Shown here: in pieces, positions 1 through 9,600 of the stretch
Position numbering within the stretch: position 1 is the first letter of the stretch
Layout: the number at the start of each line of letters is the position of its first letter
DNA from: a virus
Lineage: Duplodnaviria; Caudoviricetes
Length of the DNA stretch: 64,000 nucleotides
IMG/VR virus record: IMGVR_UViG_3300010163_000003
Span: 128,001-192,000 of that record
Direction: 5' to 3' (one strand)
Notes under the pieces: generated by a model
What the model was told of the DNA's origin: nothing
Databases searched by the model: none
Seen by the model: only the letters and a program-made list of their open reading frames with translations
Position numbers and translations under genes: made by a program

Positions 1-671
1 AAGCCAGACATAGTTGATATAGTAATAGATTGAAGAACTACAGTAAAGATTCCATAAGTAACATTGATTAATTCATTTGTTATAGGAAGAAAAGGTGTAC
101 ATTTAAATTCCGCAAATAACTGGCGCAATCCATCAACATAATAGTATCCTTCCGGCCCTACGACTTTAAATCCATTTATAGAATCATGCCCATGGAATAC
201 CAAATCAATAATAATATTTCTTCTATGATATCCAGATTTAGATTTCTGAGTATTCTCTTGACGTAATGTACTTATTTTTTGAGTAATAGATTCTGATTGA
301 ACCATAATAAATTCTGGTGGAATCATAAACCATACGTCACCAATACGCAGATTATACATATCGTAAAAAGCTCTATGTGGATATATAATATTATCATAGT
401 AGTCGAGAGGCTGTACGCGCCTCTCGACTTTTACTCGTGTCAATTTGTCAAGCATTCTAGTTCCAGTTTCCATGTCGGCTATATTCAAAACTTTTGGTTC
501 ATTATAAACCATGTTTTTAATTGGCTTTTCTTTCTTCCCTTCTACAGTAGGCGTATCAGATGATTTTACTGTAGAATAATCATTGGATAAAGGAGGCGTT
601 ACATAATTATCTGAAACCATTGTATAATCGTCAGATAATGAGTGTGTATATATAGGCTCTTTAATTGCCAT
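1..671 (-). CDS. Large baseplate/tail-hub-type virion protein, N-terminal part (runs off the left edge; not in the ORF track)
   Basis: ATG at 671-669 after a GGAGGG RBS. Manual translation is open to position 1 (MAIKEPIYTHSLSDDY...LRIGDVWFMIPPEFIMV...GLRQLFAEFKCTPFLPITNELIN...). Position directly after the tape-measure locus suggests hub/baseplate. Confidence 0.6.
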   Translation of the reverse strand, partial: MAIKEPIYTHSLSDDYTMVSDNYVTPPLSNDYSTVKSSDTPTVEGKKEKPIKNMVYNEPKVLNIADMETGTRMLDKLTRVKVERRVQPLDYYDNIIYPHRAFYDMYNLRIGDVWFMIPPEFIMVQSESITQKISTLRQENTQKSKSGYHRRNIIIDLVFHGHDSINGFKVVGPEGYYYVDGLRQLFAEFKCTPFLPITNELINVTYGIFTVVLQSITISTMSG

Positions 672-686
672 ATTATCCCTCCGTTA

Positions 687-3600
687 TTATTGAGCTAATT
701 CTGCAAATTTGTTTGCTAACCAATTATCATTTACTCCACTATTGTCAATATAAGAATACATAGAAGTTGAGCCACCGCCAGCTTTATTTATTATAGCTCC
801 ATTATTTTGCGCATTAATATCCATTTGGGTTTTTGCTCTAATATTAAAAGACAATCCACTGTGTGTATCTTGATATATTACATTTCTACTTTTAGGCGTT
901 GAAGGAACTTGTTTACCATTAATGTTGGGTTGATTATATAAACCAGATTCTTGGGGCTGTAATGGAGTCTTGTCTTGATCTTTATGCATAACGTTAGTTA
1001 ACAATCCCAATGCAACTAAAGAACCAGCAGCCATACCTACATGTTTTTTTGATATATCTAAATCAGATAAAGTATCATCAAAAAACTGTGACAAAGTCCT
1101 TCTTTTTAATGGATTGTTTGCATTGTTATTATTTAATATTTTAATAATTTCTCTATCACTTAAAACTTTGTTTTTATTTAAATATGATATAATGCTGTCT
1201 GTTTGTGCCTTTAAGCTTTCAACTCTATGACTAATAGACTCTGACATACCAGAAAGAGATAATGCATCTGAAGCTTTAAATACATGTCCACTAGCTTTAT
1301 ATTCTTCTAATTTTTTAAGAGTAGTCTCCACAGAGAATTTAATCTTATCGCTAGGTTTTTTACCAAGCATTTTCGATGCTTCTTCTAAAACATAATCATA
1401 ATCTTTTGAATTAAGATTACTAAATTTAGTCCCCATAAATGATCCAAAGCCTACACGCATTTCATCAAAAGACCCATTAAAATTAAATAAAGAAGCTGCA
1501 TCGTCTGATTTGACAAGCATACTAAATATTTTATCTTGAGCTTGTTTTATAGAGTTTAAACGCTCATTTTCCATAATGTCTATCAAAGAACCTGGGGTTC
1601 CTTTAGGACCCAAGTCTGTATATTTATGTGAAAGCATTTCTTTTAATGTATCAAGCTGTTCAGTTGGAGCATTAGGTTTAGCCTGAATTTTCTTTATATA
1701 TTGCTCTAAAATATCATATTGACCTTGAAGTCTTTTTGCCTCACTAGGTATATCATAAACGTTTTTGCGGAGTTTTTCAATACTTTCGTAATAATTTTGA
1801 AAATCGAAGTTACCAAGAGCGTTGACTTTATTATAATGATGTTGCATATTAGCACTAGAGTCAACGTTTAACACTTCTTGTTCAATGGTTTGTTTAAATA
1901 TTTCATTAAGAGTGCCTAAAGATTTAATTGCGTCTTTATCGTTGAAATTAATTTTTCGTCCATTATTTGCTATATTTTTATTGACACTGCGTAATAATTC
2001 TACTGCTGGATCTAAGCCACGTTGTCCAGCATCTATCATATATTGCGCACGCCAAGATTCATACGCATTACCAAGTTTTTTAGTTTCATCAAACGTAGTT
2101 ATTATTGCACTTAATGCCTTATTTGGATCAGTATCTGTAATACCTAATATTTGTTGAAGTACGCTTGTCATTGGAGCTGAGCTACCTGCTTCTCCATAAA
2201 ACTGGCCAAGATTAGATATTCTACCATATTTGTTCTTAGATATGCCAGTAGCTCTTAATATTGATTTTTCAAATGTTCCTGTAAATTCTGGAGTATTAGT
2301 ATTTTTATTTATTTTTGCCGTTCTTATCTTGGATGTACCATTACTTTCATAAAGTATAGCGTCATCAAGCATGCCAGTTAATTTAACCTCTGCCGCATCT
2401 TTTTGTATATTAACTCTAAGCTCTGGATCAATATGAAGATTACCTATATAATAAGGAGAAGAGCCTTTAGAAGAATCATGGGTTATTTGTTTAAAGAATT
2501 TTTCTTCAAAAGTAGCATTAGGACTATGCAAGTCTATTACTTCGCCTTTTAATTGTACGCCTTTATCGTTAATATTTACTCTATTAAATTTCCCATTTCC
2601 AGTATAAGCATAGTAATTAATTTCTGCGTTATTTTTACCTAATTGTCCAGTATATGTGTATAATGTATTGACATCAAATGGATCTCTTAATGCATTTACT
2701 TTTGTCATTAAATATTCTGCCATGTCAGTATCAATAGCGCTGACAAGTTTCTTTACATCTTTAGGGTTTAATGATTTAAGGTTGTTTATCATATCTTCTA
2801 ACCCAAAAAGATCTCTACGCTTCATTACTGTATTCCATACTTCAGTTAATTCTGGAACTTCAATTTTAGCTTTGTTCATTAAATGAAAAGAACGAAGATA
2901 TTCTAACAAAGCGGTATCGTCTTGAGTAAATACTTTACCATTAAGAGTAACTGTTTCTATTACGCCTTGTAAGTTAGATTGTTTAAGAATCCTTAAAGCA
3001 TCATCTATTTGATTTAATGTTACGCCAGGCCCTATATGAGGAATTCCATTTTTACTAAATCCATTGACTTTCCTTAAGGAATCGCCCATTATAAAGTTAT
3101 CGACATAAGTTTCTATTTCATTGTCATTTATTTTTAATACTTTAGAGCCAATGGAATCAACCATTCCAATCATATGTAATCTTTGAGCTTGGACATCATT
3201 AGTCTCTAAAAACCCATAAGCATGTTCACTAAAGCGTCTAATTTTTGATAAATCTAAACTATCTCTAGCATGTTTTGGGTCAACGGCTGTTTGTTCTGTT
3301 ACACTAAACAAACCACCATCTCCACTAAGCATGTTTGAAAAACTAATTAATGACTCATTCATAAGTTTAGTTTGTTCGCCAGTTAAATTCTTTAAGCTCA
3401 TAGTTTGATAGAATGTTTCTTTAATGCGATACATAGGAGTTGAAACATGCCCAATTAAATTTTTTCTTAACCTTGCTACAGTCGCAGATACTAATTGAGC
3501 TTCATTCAATAATGTGTTACCTACAGAAGACTTAAAGAATGAATCTACCTCATTAGAATGTAAAGCTGCTTCAAAAATGCCAGAAAATTTTTTATCTTTT

Positions 3601-6600
3601 TGGTTACTTAATATATCTTCAACTTTATATGTGCCACCATTAAGATGTATACGATTATCACTTGACTGGCTTGCTAAATTATTAAGATATTCTTTTATAG
3701 AATTTTGATATTCTTTACTATCAATAATCTCTAATAATTTAGATTTTTGTTTGTTAACTGCGCTTGGATCGTTAAACAAAAACGGATTGCCTTCTTTAAT
3801 TGCTTCACTTAATAAGATTGGAGCTTCTCTAGTGATAAATCTTTCATATCTAGTTTTTTGTAAATTAAATAACTTAGAATTAGATTTTAATATACTGGCG
3901 CCATCAGCGATTGTACTTACAAATACTTTATCTCCATCAAAATCTAAGTGAGTTAAGTATGACAATATAGGATTGGATACGTTTACTTGATTCCCTGATA
4001 GATGTTCTCCTAAAGCAAGTCTAACAATTGGCTGACTACGAAATGACGGGAAACGTAAAAACTCAGCAAAAATACCTACTTCACTAAAGAATTGTTGAGC
4101 TATGCCACTTTGTTTAAAAAGTTTAAGATTACTTCCAAGTAAGCCTTCAGCATTTTTAAACTGTCCTTCAAGAATTTCATCATACTGTTTTAATGCTTTC
4201 TCTGCGCTATCTATACTATCTTGCATTGCTGCTCGTATTTGTTTATATGCATCTCTATCTTTAACACTGGCATTTACTTTTTCTATTCCTTCTAGGACAT
4301 GTATTTGTTCTCGTGATTTGTCTAATGTTCTTTGAGCTTTCTTTTTACCTTCTTGAATTACTCCCATATAGTTATCAAGAGTACTTATTAAATTACCTTG
4401 GCCTTTAATTTCTAATTTATCTATAGTTTGATAATATGTTTTACTATCAACTTTAGCCATTTTCTTAATCGCACTATCAATATCTTTATCAGTACCTGAT
4501 TCAAGAAGAGTATGTATATCTTCTAACGTTTTATTGTTTAATCCTGCAATTCTATTAGACTGGAAACTAATTGACTTAAGATGATCTGGAGGTTTTGTGT
4601 TATCATTAAATGCTTGAATTAAATCATTATATGATTTTTGGAATCTACTACTTTGAACAAGATCACTCATGCCTTCAATAGTATATTTTCCATCTTTCAT
4701 ATGTTTCTCGTAATCATTGATTATATCTGCTGCTACAATACTAAAATCGTATCCTTGACGCTCTAAAGCTTGTTGACTTACTTGAACGACAAGACCGTTA
4801 TATTCTACTCCATTAATAGTTGTTCTAGCAAGTTTTTTTAAAGAGTCACTAACGTTATCTGGCAATATTAATTTTGCAGCATTACTAGAATTAGTAAGAA
4901 CTTCTTTACTAGAAGCCTTTATTGCGGCATCAAAATCATTCTTCGCTTGAGTTAATTCCTCAATAATGCTCATATCATATGGATTATCACGAAGTTGAGC
5001 ATATAATCCTTTTTGCGTACTAGTTCCACGTAATTTTTCATATGCTTTTCTAACGTTGCTATTTTTAGCAATTTGTTCTTCTAATAACGGAGAGAATTCA
5101 CTTTGTCCTAAATACTCAGAAGAATTAGGCATTACAAAACTCTGAAAAGCTTTATAAATATCAGTATCTTTTTTCATAAAATCTGTTTGTCTGTAAAGTT
5201 CTTTAACCATGGTGCTATATATCTTGCCGATTCTTTCATTCATTACTTCTCGTATTATTTTTGGATCATCATTTCCAATAGTGTTACCAAGAGAATTAAC
5301 CAAAAATTTACCAGGATTTTTTCTTAATTCATCAATTTCTTTTAATCTTTGATTTACAATACCTATGCTTTTTTGAAACAAAAACTTTTCGTTTTCTTGA
5401 ATAGTGGTAACTCCGTGTATTGGAATAAGTAATCCTTCTAATTCTGTGCCATTTACTTTTGGCTTAATAACATGAACATCTGGATTATTGTCTAAAGCAA
5501 CAAATATGTTAAAGCTATCATTATTTAGATCTACACCTTGTTCTCTAGCTTTTTTAAGTAAGAATTCGCTTGGTTTACCATCTATAAAAAACATTGTGTT
5601 ATCTAGGTCTTTTACCCTATCATAACCAGTGCGCATTCTTTCCCCATTGCCTTCAACTATTTCATCTAAAGTTAAAGTAAGTATATTAGACTTTTTTATA
5701 TCTTCTAATGTATATTTGCCTTCTAAGAATTCTTTAGAATATTTTGTTCCAACAATGCCACGTCTTAATTCTTGATGTGGATTATTTTGACGAGCACGTT
5801 CATAGTTTAAATCCATCGCATAGTCGTTGAGTTCTTTACCAAGATATTTAAGTTCTTTTAAAGATTTTGTTTCACCATGAGTACGCCCATACTCTAATGC
5901 TTCTTTTTTTAGTAATTGCATGTACTCTACATCTTTTGGATCTATTCCATGAACAGTATCATTATAACCAAATGGGTCTTTAAATAGTCCACGGAAAATT
6001 ATGCCTTGCTCAGCACGTTTATCCATAACAAAATATTTGCCCATATGATCATTCATAATTTGTCTACGGAAAGTAAACCAGTCTGACATAGTTGCTTCTA
6101 GATCATCAAGTTCATTTATAATAGATTGACTAATCGAATTTCCATTTTTAGTTGCATCTTCTCTAAGCAAATCTTTAAGCTTAAGATCAAATGACGATGG
6201 ATCAGGCATTTCTGCCATTGTTACATAAAGACGTTTATTGTCAGCAGAAGCTTGAAAAGATATATTTGGCGTTTTACCATTAATAGGGTCAAATTGGTGC
6301 GTATCTTTAGCTGCTTGATTCATTAAATCAACTAAATGATCTACTTGTCCAGCTTTAGAATATCTATCAGTTGCCAAATCAAATATTGCTTGTGCATGCA
6401 TTATTCCGCCATGTTTGCTGAAATTAGGATTGCCAACAAATATAGCGCCATCAAACATTTCGCCAAATAATGTAGAAAGTAATGTATTTGCTTGTTGCTT
6501 ATTATAAACATTGCTACCCTGGTTTATAATTGAATAAATATCTTCTGGTCTGATTGAGTGTACAGTGGCTTTTTCAAGACCATTTATTGTTATCTTTTGA

Positions 6601-9600
6601 TCAACAATATCTCCTACATAAGTTTCTAGTCTAGTTTTCCCTATTCCATTATCTATGCCAGACAATAATTGATCTACATTTTCCTGAGTTAATATAGATT
6701 TAGGTTTATTAAAGAATATACGAGAACCATCATTTCTAAATCCAATAACAGTATTTGTATCTATATCTTTACCAACTAGATTATTTAATAATTCAGTGGT
6801 TCTTTGTATATCTGCTTTGCTCCAGTTTAATTCAAGCTTAACTGCATCTGGTTTTGTGAAGAAATCAAATTGTTGTATAAATGGATTAGCAAACATTTTA
6901 TCTTCATAAAGAGAATTATAATGAGCTTGAAACACTTTTATTAATTCCCTTGTTTGCTTAGAATCTACACTAACTCCAGTTTGAGATAATTTTTTAGCTA
7001 ATGAATCTATTGCTGCATTATCAGACAGTATGTCATTGTACTTAATTTGCAAGTCAGCATCATTAATAAATTTGAATCTAGCCATAAATTCATGTTCATC
7101 TAATGTTATTTTGCCATTAGTACTAGCTTCGAGACTGTCTTTAATTCCTTTCTCTAAATGAGTCATAGCGTTATTTCCAAAAGATATAGCGCTATAACCT
7201 TTTTCAGTGAGACCTTTAGCCATATTAGGGGCATTAACGTTATTTGATAACTGTGATAATACACTAGATACTTGATTTATGTCATATGTAACAGGATTTC
7301 CTTGCTGTACATATAACGGACGCATTATATTGTATAAGCCAGAATGTGTCTGAAAATCACCAAACATACGTGAATAATATATACCACGCTCTAAGGCGCT
7401 TTCAGAACCTATAGGATTAAGTCCAGAAGTTTTATTAACATTTACAACTCGTGATACCGCATCTACAGCAAAATCACTAATCATAGAATCTTTACGAATT
7501 CTATCATCATGTATAAGGTCATTAATAATATTGAGAAAATTTTTAGAATCTCCAGTATCAAAGAAGTCTTCATAACCAGCATTTTTAAAATTAATTCTTA
7601 ATTGATCAGCCCAAGATACACCATTTGCTTGCCAGTCTTCACTTAATACAGTACCAATCAGCATACGCCTATGGAAAAACTCATGAAATTCTTGACTGTT
7701 CAATATTTCACGGTAAGAATATAATGAATTAACATCTCCAAGCCCTACATGTTCTGCAAATGTTTTAACAATAAGTTGTGCAGGATTTAGCTCAGCAGAA
7801 ATAGCATTAGGATTTTTAAATGAACCTAGGGTTAACTGTTCAAATATATCACGTAGTCCTTTATGATAACTATATCCAAAAGCATTCATTATACTATTAG
7901 GATTAAGATGTACGTTACGGCTTACTCCACTAATAGAATTATCTGAAGCTAATCCTCCAAGGTAGTCAGTAAGAATTCTACGCATTCTACGGCTACCTTC
8001 TCCATAATTACCATCTAAGGCTAATTCTTCTGCATTAGCAAGTCCCTTACGAAATATGGACAATACGGCAGTAGAACCATCACCTTCACTAACTTGGAGA
8101 ATTCCGTTTTTGTCAAGATAAGTATCCAATGAACGGGCATGTAAGTACTTAGGATAGTTATCTCCTTGATTAATGAAACGTAAAGATTCAACAGATGCAA
8201 GCCCAGAATTGTTTGAACGTATATCAAATTCTCTAACCCTTGGTAGTTCTACTACGGTAGCGTATTTACTAATATCACTATCCATTACATTCTTATAAGA
8301 AGATGTAATATTTTTAAATTCATCGTCTGTAAGATTATCTATAAAAGAAGCAAGTTTATGAGAATCACCTGTCTTGGTAAGAAGCATATATCCACTTTTA
8401 CCTTCGTGTTTAGCAACATTAAGATTTGAATAAGGAGTAATGATTAATGCTTGTAGTCCTTTTCCTTTTTTAGAATTTAAACTATATTTTTTACTGTCAA
8501 GAAGTATATCATTAAGTAATTTTGTTTTAGCAGCTATATCTTCACTAGTGCCATAATTCATTCCTAAAGCTTCTAGCAATGAACGTTCAAAAGTTTCATA
8601 TTGTAAGTCGGTAGCGGCAGACGTAATATATCTATATGGAGTATAATTATCAAATACTTCTTTTATTGCATCATTTACTTTTTTGGCTTGTGTAGGATTT
8701 GAATTTAAATTATTGAAAAAGTCTCTTAGGCTACTATCTTTATATTTAAGAAATGGAGCATCAATATCATAGTTATCATGACCTATACTATGCAATATAC
8801 GTTTTTGTACATCTTCATCGGACATGCTCGATGTTATAGAATCAGCAAGTATACTTCCCGGAGTATTTTTCAGCTTCCATATTTCAGTAGCTATCTCTGT
8901 AGATAAACCAAAAGTATAAGAACTTTTTTGTTTAGCATTAAGAGGAAGAAGAGAATCTAGTGTTTTGATATATTTACTAGCATCTTTAATAATTCCTCTA
9001 TCTTGTAAATTATTTAATCCATTGATAATTGTATTGTTGTCTTTAGCTTCATCTAAGAAATTTTTTATTCCTTGTTCTATTGTCTTTTCGCTATGATCGT
9101 TTATTCTTTTGAAAGCCCCATTGTCAGAAATAATGTCAAAATCATAAAGGTCTGAATATGAGAAACGCCCTCTATCTTTAAAATATTCAAAAGCTCCACT
9201 ATTATCAAGTTCAATATTCTCGCTCTCTAATACTTTAGCTAAAGCTTTGCGTATTTTAGAAAATAAGACTGTCTGTTCTCTATTGAGTTCTGGAGAATTT
9301 ATACCAGATAAAGGTTGTGATGGATCATAAGGGGAGTTCTTAAAATAATCATTAACTGCTTTAAATATTACATCATGCACAGGAGATTCATTATCTAAAA
9401 TTCTCTTATAGGACAAAAAAGCCTGCATTTCATATGGAGTGTTAATTAATCCATTTTTGAGAGCATTACTTGATCTTCTTGAAGTACCAAAAGTTTGTTC
9501 AATAAAACTTTTTAAATCTCTATATCTTGCATCATAATCAGTAAGAGGATTTATAGAAGCAAGATGATTATTATAAGCTTCATTGAACTTCCTTATCTCT

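Noticed and set aside
3930-3944. DFDGD as a calcium-binding FG-GAP/EF-hand-like motif or a chance match
   Set aside because: It is a single copy with the upstream R-x-P at RNAP-like spacing, and the beta-like ED and K-x7-K motifs occur in the correct order. This fits a polymerase active site much better.
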